Part shown: one piece after another, positions 52,777-64,000 of the stretch
How the letters are laid out: each line of letters begins with the position of its first letter
Numbering within the stretch: the first letter of the stretch is position 1
Source: Octopus sinensis
Lineage: Eukaryota
Assembly (NCBI RefSeq): GCF_006345805.1
Contig: NC_042999.1
Coordinates: forward strand, 134,726,001 to 134,790,000
DNA: 64,000 bases
Direction of reading: 5' to 3'
Position numbers and translations under genes: made by a program
Notes under the pieces: model-generated
What the model was told of the DNA's origin: nothing
The model's input: only the letters and a program-made list of their open reading frames with translations
Database searches by the model: none

Positions 52777-53325
52777 CCCTGATGCAGTACCAGACAGTGA
52801 CACTCATGGCTTCTCAACTGATTGAAAGTGTCATCATGTACATCGTTTTGTCTTGGTATAAAAGATGGGCTACAACAAATATTCTGCTCAATACCACAGA
52901 TTTGCTTATCAGTTGTTTGACCTTAACCAGTTGATTATCGCCCTTAGTGGTTGAGGATATGTGCATCTCTGATCATGAACAGAAGTAGGGGGGGAGCATC
53001 ATAGCTATGTACTGAGTGGCATTCTTTAGGGTTTGGATAATTCACCGCTGGAAACATGGGTGTTTCGTTCAACATCCTTAAACAACTCTTATTCATAGAC
53101 CTTTTGAGCGGATCGGGCTACTCAACCTGAAGAAAATTCTAATTGGGCTCCACCTGCAAGGTCATGTGTTGTCTATCTTGATATGATATCACTATGTCAC
53201 GCACATATGGTTGTGATGCATGTACCTGGTGTACCCTTATCAGTTGGGTAGTTTATGATGGGTATACTGGGCTTCGTATATTTTACCCCAGTGTCACTTT
53301 GATGGCATGCACTGCTCTCTCACTC
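52777..53325. mobile_element. ~550-bp non-coding element bounded by (AAT)n; copy 2
   Basis: Collinear with 39567-40122, same termini. Confidence 0.75.
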
Positions 53326-53390
<65 letters not shown>

Positions 53391-53438
53391 TAAATATAAA
53401 AAATAAAAACAATAATATCAGTGATAAGAGTGATGATG

Positions 53439-53474
<36 letters not shown>

Positions 53475-53564
53475 TAATAATAATAATAATAATAAATATA
53501 AATATAAAAAATAAAAACAATAATATCAGTGATAGCAGTGATGATGATGATGATGATGATGATG

Positions 53565-53626
<62 letters not shown>

Positions 53627-53628
<2 letters not shown>

Positions 53629-56200
53629 AAGGAAGCGAGTGGAGTCGCCCCATGTCCTGATTAATGATACATCTATTGATTGTGTCACAATAAAAACACT
53701 GGTAATTACGCAATCTGATAGTCGCTACCTCATATGAGTGACAATAAAAAAACAAAATATTGTGAATAATAGTGGTAATGAAACTAAAGCCATTGATGGT
53801 GACAGTGTTGCATCCGGCAAGCTCAGAGATTCTGCTCCGGTTCCAATCTGTCGATATCCAGAAAGGGATCGCCACACACGGCGTAGATGGAGCAAGCAAA
53901 TTAATTCTGTGGTCATGGACTTTTACTACCTGAGCAACCCGGTAGATGAAAATGATGCTCACGTTCGGGGTTACTAACAACGTATGTATGATTATTGGAG
54001 GGAAAAGGGATTATTTCAACTCACGGTACAGATACTATGTGATCAAGCTAGAGCAATAAGAAAAAGATCGTTGGTTCACAGAAGTAGAGCTCGAAGCTAT
54101 CAAAAGTCTTGGAAAATAGCAGCAGAGATAACGATGAAAATACAGTTCTTATTAATAAAAGTAATCTCATAACACAGGAAAGGAGCAGTGGTAGCTTACT
54201 TGATGAGAGACATAAAGATGATCTAAAAGAAGACGTTAAAACTAATAACGACATGACAGATGAACAAAAGGTAATCTACGACAGAATAAAGGCAAGACTC
54301 CAGGAGAACGGTAGCGACATTATTTGCAACCTGAAAAAGGTTGATCGATAGAAATCGAACCAAGAAACGAAAAATATCAATGAAATTCTGAAATACATTA
54401 GAACAAGAATCACAGAAACAAATAATTTGATCAAGGCAGCAAGTATTGTTGTAGCAGAAAACGTGGGTGTTGATGTCAAGAAAAAGAAATATAATGGGAG
54501 TGACAAAAGAAAAGATCCATGGTGGAAAAGAAGAATACAGGCAGGGTTAGATATGCTCTCGAAGGAAATCTCTGTGTTAGGCCAAAAAGAGAAAGTGGAG
54601 CTTAAAGAGAGAAAAAAATTCAGGGTGCTGAAAAGGGAGTATAATATTGAAAGAAAGGGCCTGAAAGTGGTAATGGAGGAACTGAAACAGCGCTTCCTTG
54701 CAAAGAAAGCAAAGATGGTAAAATACGACTAAAGAATGAAGGGGTTACCATCAGAATAGGTTATTAGAGTAGATCAGAAGAGATTCTATAAAGAAATAAA
54801 TGGAGAGTGTAGAGATGAAGAGTTGATACCAGATAACAATGAAAGTCAAATGTTTTTGAGTGACACCTGGAGCAAAGACAAGGAGCACAAGAAGGATGCT
54901 GAATGATTGCAGGAACTGAAACAAACAGTAGTCTGTCCAAAACAGGCGGAACTAGTAATTTCAGTTTGGGAAGTGAAGGAAATAAGCAAAAACATTAGCA
55001 ACTGGAGGGCCTCGGGACCAAATGGAGTTCAAGGCTACTGGATCAAAAGATTTGGTGAATATCATGCACGAAAAGCTGCGCAACTCAACACCTTGTTAAA
55101 TGCCGACCAAGTAACACGAGAGTGGTTAACATTGGGTAGGACAGTGCTGTGTTTGAAAAACATCGAAAAAGGCAATCGGGTAGACAATTAGAGGCCGATA
55201 TCGTTTTCCCATTTATGTGGAAATTATTGACTAGAATACTGGCAGAGTCAATGTACGAACATCTGGAAAAAATGGAGTCCTGCCACATGAGCAGAAGGGT
55301 TGCAAGCGTAAGTGCAGAGGTACCAAGGATCAACTTCTGATAGATAAAACTGTACTTAGAGAATGCACGATAATTAACAACCAAGTATCAAGACTTATGT
55401 GTAGAAAGAGACCCTGTGAAACCTCTGACAGCAGGCTGCTGACTGTTCTCACAGAATCTACCAGAACAAACAAGGCTGAACATTCTGAGAAGTGAAACAA
55501 CAACAACAATAATAATAATTCTGCAAAAAAAAATGGATTCCTGCCACATGAGCAAGGAGGGCTGCAAGTGTAAGTACAGAAGGTACCAAGGATCAACTCC
55601 TGATAGACAAAAATGTACTTAGATAATGCAATAGGAGGGAAAGTAACTTAGCCATGTCATGGATCGATTATCGTAAGGTGTACGATATGATCCCACATTC
55701 TAGGATTATGGAGTGTATGAACCTATTTGTTATTGCATCGAATGTTGAGCGATTGCTTGGAAAAAGTATGGCGAATTGGAGGACGAACCTGACAGCATAC
55801 GGAAGAAGCTTAGGGACAGTAGATATTAGGAGGAGAGGCATCTTCCAAGGAGACTGCCTGTCCCCACTGATCTTTGTACTGTACTTGATACTTCTAACTC
55901 TAATTCTGAGGAAAGCAAAAGCTGGGTATGTATTCAAAAGCCTCCAACAAAAAGTTAACCATTTGTTATTCATGGATGACCTTAAACTTTATGGTAAAGA
56001 TGAAGCCCAAGTCAGTTCCCTCATTGATATGGTGTATACTTGCAGTGCTGATATCGGAATGGAATTCGGGCTGAGAAAGTGTGGTGTGTTAGTTTTGAAG
56101 AGAGGCAAAATCAAATGTATGGACGGGCTAACGATACCGTCGGCAAGGTTATGAAGCAGATAGAAGAAACAGGCTCTAAGTACTTGGGAATTTTGGAAAT
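53627..56200 (+). mobile_element. R4/Dong-like retrotransposon, 5' end through RT, 3'-truncated and composite
   Basis: Starts directly after (AAT)n; N-terminal RRRWSKQINSVVMDFYY..GY..RMYDYWREKG..DQARAIRK; WKRRI; ASGPNGVQGYWIK; WIDYRKVYDMIPH; GIFQGDCLSPL; HLLFMDDLKLYG; KYLGILE. ~100-bp overlap at 55265-55370 versus 55525-55630 around an (AAC/AAT)n tract. Confidence 0.88.
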
Positions 56201-56207
56201 GTATAAA

Positions 56208-56969
56208 TTTTCCCCAGAAGTTTTGTAATTTTCAGCGCCCTTCACGAAGCAAAGACTTATAACAGTCATAATCGATACTACCCACGAAAAACATCACAAA
56301 AGCTGCAAATGAGCAATTCATCTAAAAATTCGTTGAGAAAATAATGAAACTTGTTAGACGTATGATATGAAAAGAGTACATCTTCCTAACTCTCTCCACA
56401 CACACACACGCACACACACACACGCGCGCGCACACACACACGCGCACTCTCTCCCCTCCCACTCATCCCTTTTCCTCCCCTTCTCTGTCTTTCTCTTTCT
56501 CCCTCATTCTCTTTCTTTCATGCTTTCTCTTTCCTTTGTACACACACACACACACATGTATGTATGTATGTATGTATGTATGTATGTATGTATGTATGTA
56601 TGTATGTATGTATGTATGTATAGTTAATCCAAACAAGAAAGCACAAAAAAACACAGCAACGCGAGGACGTGGAACAAATATAGTATTATTGGACGCTCAG
56701 GAAAGAAGGAAAGAAGGAGGGTTTAACGTTTCGAGCGGAGCTCTTCGTCGGAAACATAGGAGAAGGAAAGATCCAGAGAAGGGAAGACAGAGGAAAAAAA
56801 TCGCCAACGATACACACGAGGTCACATATTGAAAGGATATATATATATATTTGAGTAGTTGATTGAATTATCTTATTAAGGATAATTCGAAAGATAACCG
56901 ATACCCGGGTTACTTGTTAAGATACTTGTTAACCAGTCGTTCAACTCCATTCTTTCATATACTATATAT

Positions 56970-57038
<69 letters not shown>

Positions 57039-57217
57039 GAGGAATACCCACTAAAGTGGACACCTAATATGGTACTACCAAGAAGAATGCGTTCTCAAGA
57101 AAAATCTCAGCAAAACGCCAAAATGTAAGACTATCTTTAATCTTCGGATTTTTTAAATATGCTAAGCCGCTGGTTTTAATTGATTGATATCAATTTCTAC
57201 CCATATTATGTAATTTC

Positions 57218-57257
<40 letters not shown>

Positions 57258-57905
57258 GCACGTGCTTGTGTATGTGTATGTACGTATGTGGTGGATGCAT
57301 GCGCGTCTGTCTGTGTGTATGTGTACGTGTGTAGCTTCGTAGCTTTTTAAATTCAAGGGAAATCACCTACCTTGTCAGTTCATAGAGTGACGTCCCTTGC
57401 AGCACGTTACCTATGCTTATTAATGGACATGTTTGTAATTGCTTAAATTCAAAGTTTGTAACGTGTTAATCTGACAATGGCCATAAAAATGACCCAACAC
57501 TGCCAGAATAAAATAATTTATGAATAATTAATATGGGAATATGAATGTATTTAACTTTTTATATTGTATAATCAGTTCTCTCTTGATTGACTTTTAACTT
57601 GCTTCATTCCTACTTACCATTTGTTATTTATAATACATCCTGTTTAGGTTGAGATATTTTAATAAGACAACAATTTATAGTGTATGGTATTTGATATTCC
57701 TGTATTTGTATATAATAGGTGCTTTGCAGTATCTGTTCCCGTTTGTGTATTCTGACATCAACACATATATTGATATTGGTGCCGAGCTGTATTGGTTTAA
57801 GCCAGCGGCCATTCTTTTATTCTTTCTGAGGTATATATCGATGAATCACACCCAACGAATTATATTACACAATTATCACGAAGGTGCGTGAAATAGTGGT
57901 TAGGG
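56208..57905 (+). repeat. Local duplication, copy A (paralog of 59673-61730)
   Basis: Collinear blocks ttttccccagaag..., ttttaaattcaagggaaatcacc... and ...aaatagtggtta occur in both copies, with different TE insertions in each. Confidence 0.85.
56620..56825 (-). mobile_element. Short Penelope-LTR-like element with a minimal hammerhead-like motif
   Basis: Minus strand 56755-56721: GTTT-CCGACGA-A-GAGC-TCC-GCTC-GAAAC-GTT-AAAC. Confidence 0.6.
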
Positions 57906-58145
57906 TATTCGGCTCATGACCTTCGGGTCGTGAGTTCGATTCTCGACGCCGAGTGTGTCCTTGAACAAAACACTTTATTTCGTACTGCTCCAATTCACTC
58001 AGCTGGCAAAATTGAGTTGTAACTGTAATTCAAACAGGCCAACCTTGTCGCATTCTGTCTCACTCGGAATCTCCCTGAGGACTACGTTAAGCGTACACGT
58101 GTCTGTAGAGTGATCAGCCACCCGCACGTTAATTTCTCGAGCAAC
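57885..58145 (+). mobile_element. SINE family C, partial (another partial copy on - at ~59932-60098)
   Basis: tagtggttagggtattcggctcatgac...gagttcgattc...ctccctgaggactacgttaag...cacgttaatttc. Confidence 0.8.
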
Positions 58146-58363
58146 TTCCCAACCACGAGGTTAGAGGTTGGGAAGGAGGTGGAGATTAGAAGATATATGC
58201 TACCTCTTTGTGCTGAAAAGTTAGGGAAAGTTGTCCCCTCTGTGTACACCTCCATTTGGATCAGTTTTGTTTCTTGCCAAACCACTAAGTTACTGTGACG
58301 TAAACAAGTCAAAACCGGTTGTCAAGCAGTGGTGAGGGACAAACACAAACACAACCACCCCTA

Positions 58364-58402
<39 letters not shown>

Positions 58403-59851
58403 TTTTATCCGTTTCAGTCATTTGACTGTGGCCATGTTGGAGCACCGCCTTTAGTTGAACAAATCTATCTCAGGACACATTCTCTATAAGAAATGTTAAG
58501 TTACCGGGACGTAATCACACCTACATCGCCTGGTGGGGTGAGAAACATAGACACACAAACATATATGAAGGCATGTGTATTGTTTATTTTTGATTTTGTC
58601 TATTACACAGTATAGTAGGGTCAGTTGCGCATTAGACATCTTTTTAAGATATTTAATTTACAATATTCTACAAGATTAAAGGTATGCACGCTATTAAATA
58701 ATCCTATACTCATATTAAAACAACTGACTGTATCTGATCTAATCTATGCTACACTCTAATCAAAGAGATAATTCTTTCCAGGAAATTGCTTCTAAGTTAC
58801 TATCGCTTATCGAGTTATATAATGAAGCAAAATCTAGCAGCTTATTTAATAGCTATTTAGCTATCGATAGGTAAATATTCACGTTCTCGAATTGATTGAA
58901 CCTTAATTTATTACTTCTTACCCTCTTTTAGAGATGATTTCGGATGTGTTACCTCAATTGGGCAAGATTAGTTAACTCTTATTTTTAATTATACATGAAT
59001 GAAAACTCGTGATTATACAGTCGTATAATATAATTAAAGGCAGCAAGCGGCATAATCATTAGCACACTGGACAAAGTGCTTAGCAGTATTTCTGCCGGCT
59101 TTACGTTCTGAGTTCAATTTCCGCCGAGTTCGATTTTGCCTTTCATCCTTTCAGAGTTTGTTATAATTGATTTACCATCCCTCCTCCGACATTTCACGCC
59201 TTGTTCCAATAGTAGAACACATTGTTAAGAATGCTGATCTCAGATTTAGCAGGGCTCTTAAGCTCACATTTGCGATTGAAATGAAATTATTTTCGTCGTT
59301 TTAGAGCACCGCGATCACATTACGCAAATTTATTACTATTCCTTTGTATCTGTGTTTCTGTTAATATGAGCCCTTGTATGATTTTGAATAATGATGTTGT
59401 TTGGGATATGATTATATAATCTGTCATTTAACTTGCAGTGGTTCATAGTTTTAATTCAAAATAACAGAGCTGTTTTATAATGTCTGATTTAAGCTTAACT
59501 TGGAAAGGTTTAGAATATTAGAACTTGAGGCTGAATATCAGATCAGAAAAGTCATAATCTAAGTTTCTAGGTCCTTGACAAATAGTGGAAATCTTCCCTA
59601 TTTTATATCGAAGTGATTCACAATCGAAAGTTGTTGACCGTCTACCATCTCAAACATATATCAAGGCACACTTTTTCCCCAGAAGTTTTGTCATTTTCAG
59701 CACCCTCGACGAAGCAAAGATTTATAATAATCATAATCTAAATAACCCCGAAGAACTTCCCAAAAGCTTCAAATGAGCAATTCATCTAAAAATTCATTGA
59801 GAAAATAATGAAACTTGTTAGACGTATGATAGCTTTCTCTCCACACACGCA

Positions 59852-59904
<53 letters not shown>

Positions 59905-60095
59905 TCGCACGCGCACACAGGCGTGCATGCATGCTGCTCCAGTCCACTCAGGTGGCAAAACTGAGTTGTCCTGTAATTCACAAAGGACAACCTTGTCACA
60001 TTCTGTGTCACTCGGAATCTCCCTGAGGACTACGTTAAGGGTATTGGTGTCTGTGGAGTGCTCAGTAACATGCACGTTAATTTCACGAGCAGGCA

Positions 60096-60165
<70 letters not shown>

Positions 60166-60709
60166 ATACATCCCGTTATTCTACCCTTTCTTCTCTGACT
60201 TTCTCTTTCTCCCCCTTTCTCTCTATTTCATGCTTTCTGTTTCCCTAGTAGACGTGCTTGTGTACACGTGTGTATGTGTGTGCGTGTACGTGTGTACGTG
60301 TGTAACTAGATACCGTTTTTAAATTCAAGGGAAATCACCTACCTTGTCATTTTATAGAGTGACGTCCCTTGCAGCATGTTACTTAAGCTTATTAATAGAC
60401 ATGTTTGTAATTGCTTAAATTCAAAGTTTGTAACGTGTTAATCTGACAATGGCCATAAAAATGACCCAACACTGCCAGAATAAAATAATTTATGAATAAT
60501 TAATATGGGAATATAAATGTATTTAACTTTTTATATTGTATAATTAAAGTATACAAGCTATCTCAACATGGCTAACCACTAAGGGTGGGTGTTACTGTAG
60601 CTTTTAGCCCCAAGAGATCATCGTCTCCAGCTGGCTTTAGGCACACTTTCTGTGCCCTTATGGTATTTGCAAAGGGAGGTCATCCCTCTCTCGTAAACCT
60701 AAGTGTCAC

Positions 60710-60752
60710 GCACGGACTGCAGTTTCTAGGTATTTGCCTGTCTTCGACGTAC
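60710..60752 (-). ncRNA. Second copy of the hammerhead motif (core TCGAAGA)
   Basis: Reverse complement reads GTACG-TCGAAGA-CAGG-CAAATA-CCTA-GAAAC-TGCA-GTC-CGTGC. Confidence 0.6.
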
Positions 60753-61129
60753 GGCAGTCACCAGTTTACGATGAAAGGGAGACCTGTTTGCAAATACTTA
60801 TAGGTTTTTCTAGTAACTTCCGTCACTGATTTCGAAAAACTGTCTGCAAGCAATAATAAATCTCTGAACGAGATGTAAACAGTAACTGCTCGACAACGTA
60901 AAGTATACTAGCCATCTCAATATGGCTAACCACTAAGGGTAGGTGTTACTGTATCTTTTAGCCCCAGGAGATCATCGTCTCTGGCTGGCTTTAGGCACAC
61001 TTTCTGTGCCCTGTTCAGAGATTTATTATTGCTTGCAGACAGTTTTTCGAAATCAGTGACGGAAGTTACTAGAAAAACCTATAAGTATTTGCAAACAGGT
61101 CTCCCTTTCATCGTAAACCGGTGACTGCT

Positions 61130-61172
61130 GTACGCCGAAGACAGGCAAATACCTAGAAACTGCAGTCCGTGC
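61130..61172 (+). ncRNA. Type I hammerhead ribozyme motif (variant core)
   Basis: GTACG-CCGAAGA-CAGG-CAAATA-CCTA-GAAAC-TGCA-GTC-CGTGC: stem I, core with U4C, stem II with loop CAAAUA, palindromic loop 3, GUC cleavage triplet (cut after 61167). Confidence 0.72.
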
Positions 61173-62059
61173 GTGTCACTTGGGTTTACGAGAGAGGGAT
61201 GACCTCCCTTTGCAAATGCCATAAGGGCACAGAAAGTGTGCCTAAAGCCAGCTGGAGACGATGATCTCCTGGGGCTAAAAGCTACAGTAACACCCACCCT
61301 TAGTGGTTAGCCATATTGAGATGGCTAGTATACTTTACGTTGTCGAGCAGTTACTGTTTACATCTCGTTCAGAGATTTATTATTGATTGTATAATTAGTT
61401 CTCTCTTTATTGACTTTTAACATGTTTCATTCCTACTTACCATTTGTTATTTATAATACATCCAGTTTAGGCTGAGAAATTTTAATAAAACAACGATTTA
61501 TATTGTATGATATTTGATATTCCTGTATTTGTATATAATAGGTGCTTTGCAGTATCTGTTCCCGTTTGTGTATTCTGACATCAACACATTTATTGATATT
61601 GGTGCCGAGGTGTATTGGCTCAAGCCAGCGGCCTTTCTTTTCTTCTATCTTGGATAAATATCGATGAAGCACACCCGACGAATTATATTACACAATTATC
61701 ATGAAAGCACGCGAAATAGTGGTTAAGGTCATGAATTTGATTATCAGCGCTGAGTTGCGTCTGCACCAGGGAATTTTGAAAGTTTAAAGGGAAGGAAGTT
61801 GATAGTTGAAAATGTGATGAGAGTTCTAAAGTGAGGAACTGTAAAAGAGAATAAAATTGTGGATAAAAGTTTGTACAGAAGGAATGCAGTACGTTAGGAA
61901 ATGAAAAGACATATCCCGCAAGTTATGCTGGGGGAATTGCCTCAGAAGGGCCATTCAAATAATAGGACAGCATAACAGTGAAGCAAGAGAAGCTTTGCTT
62001 CCAGATCATGAAAATTGATTTTCTCTATCTGCATTGTGTAAAAAGTAAACATCTTTTTT

Positions 62060-62300
62060 TTATTATCTTGCACTGCAGCCATGCTGGAGCACCACCTTGA
62101 GGAAAGTTTAGTCGATTGGATCGACTCAAGTATTTACCCTTTTGCTAAGACTGGTACTTATTCAATCGGTTTCTTTTGCCGAACCGTTAAGTTACGAGGA
62201 CGTAAACACACCAAACACCGATTGTCAAACAGTGGTGCAGGGCAAAACATACACAAAGACACACACACACACCTACATGTTTGTGTGTGTATGTATGTAA

Positions 62301-62364
<64 letters not shown>

Positions 62365-62840
62365 TATATATATTATATATATAAGCAAGCTTCTTAACAT
62401 ACAAAGAGAAAAAGAATCTCTGTAATACAGCTTATGTTACATCGAGCATGTTATATTGAGTATGTATGGTTACTGAAAGGGATCATTGAAAATTACAACT
62501 ATAACCTCAATAACAAAGAGCAATCTATGAGTAGGAAGTGATCATGTTGGGAGGAAATAGCCCTGTTTTCCTTTCTAAAATGAGTAACTGTTTTGGGGGG
62601 TTTTTTTTACCGATAACACTGAAGTCGGCGAGCTAGCAGAATCGTTAGCACGCCGGGTAAAATGCTTAGCGGCATTTTGTCCGTCTTTATGTTCTGAATT
62701 CAAATTCCGCTGAGGTCGACTTTACCTTTCATCCTTTCGAGATCGATAAAATAAGTACCAGTTAAGTACTGGGATCGATGTAATTGACTTTTCCCTCACA
62801 CCAAAATTTTAGGCGTTGTACCTATAGAAGAAAGGATTAA
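62060..62840. mobile_element. SINE family B tail (-, ~62060-62300) and SINE family A (+, ~62620-62840)
   Basis: Motif matches to the families defined above. Confidence 0.75.
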
Positions 62841-63174
62841 TGATAACACAACAATATTGTTACTGTAGCATTAGCACTACCGATATGGTAGTAGTTGTAA
62901 ACCATTTTAATATATTATTTAATTACTCATTATATAAATGTGATTTTAATAACATAAGTGAAAGGCATTTCTATGGTTTATATAGTGTTTGAATTTTAGT
63001 ATAGTATTGTGTTATCTAGAACGGCTAGATGCCTTTCTTCCACAATATTCCTGGATGGTAGATTTAATTTATCATATTGTTTAACACAATCACAGGCTGC
63101 TTGTATATCTGTAGTGAAAGGGGTGAGGATCTACTCTGTTGCAAAATTTTGGACGGTGACAATTCTGTGGCAAC

Positions 63175-63209
<35 letters not shown>

Positions 63210-63839
63210 CCTCTCTCTCTCCCTCTCTCTCTCCCTCTCTCTTTCTCTCTCTCCCTCTCTCTCATTCCCACTCACCCAGTCTTATGATAATTTCATTTTT
63301 TTAAATTTCATAAATAGACATGCCAGGTACGTATGCACAAAACACGTTTCGCAACCAATTAGCGAAAGAAATTAAAACAGATACAAGAAATTAATGTGCA
63401 CAAAAATAGTTATTCAGTACACATACAATTTTCTCATAAGAAACTTTGTCTTTGATATAAGTCTTCAGCACGCATTCGTTGGTCGTGTGTCTCATTGCTT
63501 AAAGAAGACTGTAGTCTTAGCTTCAAGGTCATATAACTTGTTATTTGACTTTAACATAAAAATCTCAAGTTGTTCCCAGCTAGTTTAATAAAGCTAATGT
63601 ATGGACCATGTTATAGAAAAGATTAAGAAGCGATTGCCATTTTAGGGTTAGAAGAAAGGGGTGCACATACATGGCTGGTCTAGAGCACTGAATACTCTGT
63701 TGGCGATCCTGCATCCCACCCAAAACTATATCAGTGAGGAGAGTTTAACTATCACCTGTTCCCCAATATGAAAAAATAAAAAAACACTTGGCTGGGAACC
63801 AGTGTCGCAGTGATGATGACGTCATAGCTGCTATTACTC

Positions 63840-64000
63840 TCTCTATACTTGTTTCAGTCATTTGACTGCGGCCATGCTGAAGCACCGCCTTTAATCGAGC
63901 AAATCGACCCCAGGACTTATTCTTTTGTAAGCCCAGTACTTATTTTATCGGTCTCTTTTGCCGAACCGCTAAGTAACGGGGACATAAACACACCAGCATC
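63840..64000 (-). mobile_element. SINE family B 3' half, running off the window end
   Basis: Reverse complement of the tail at 19240-19400. Confidence 0.85.

Larger units (their letters stand above)
60546..61385. mobile_element. Candidate retrozyme insertion: 1.3 units (antisense) + 1.05 units (sense) of a 354-nt monomer, 11-bp TSD
   Basis: aaagtatac at 60546 and 60900 (period 354); inversion junction at 61012/61013; gttcagagatttattattg at 61013 and 61367; TSD attgtataatt at 60535-60545 and 61386-61396; empty site in paralog at ~57562-57572. Confidence 0.8.
59673..61730 (+). repeat. Local duplication, copy B (contains the 840-bp hammerhead insertion)
   Basis: Collinear with 56208-57905 apart from insertions. 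Confidence 0.85.

Overview
AT-rich, repeat-dense eukaryotic DNA. The SINE families and microsatellite load look like an octopus/coleoid cephalopod genome, which is an inference from recognised repeats, not a database result. One protein-coding gene can be assembled on the + strand from four exons with canonical, phase-compatible splice sites (22232-22549, 27478-27590, 29417-31227, 32833-33020; 2430 nt, 809 aa). It encodes a secreted tyrosinase-like protein with all six copper-binding His, a Cys-rich domain, a ~154-aa Thr/Pro mucin-like stalk and a terminal chitin-binding type-2 domain. Exon 2 and the last exon are absent from the ORF track. The rest is mostly decayed mobile DNA: RTE LINEs (some with C-terminal C2H2 zinc fingers), many R4/Dong-like RLE retrotransposon fragments embedded in (AAT)n arrays, two mariners, a Penelope-like element, several tRNA-derived SINE families, MITE/Helentron-like elements and a possible solo LTR. 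The most striking non-coding feature is an 840-bp insertion at 60546-61385 with an 11-bp target-site duplication. It is built from tandem and inverted copies of a 354-nt highly structured unit carrying a type I hammerhead ribozyme motif, making it a candidate cephalopod retrozyme (circular RNA retroelement). A paralogous empty site lies at about 57562-57572. Boundaries of decayed repeats are approximate unless a TSD or TIR is quoted.
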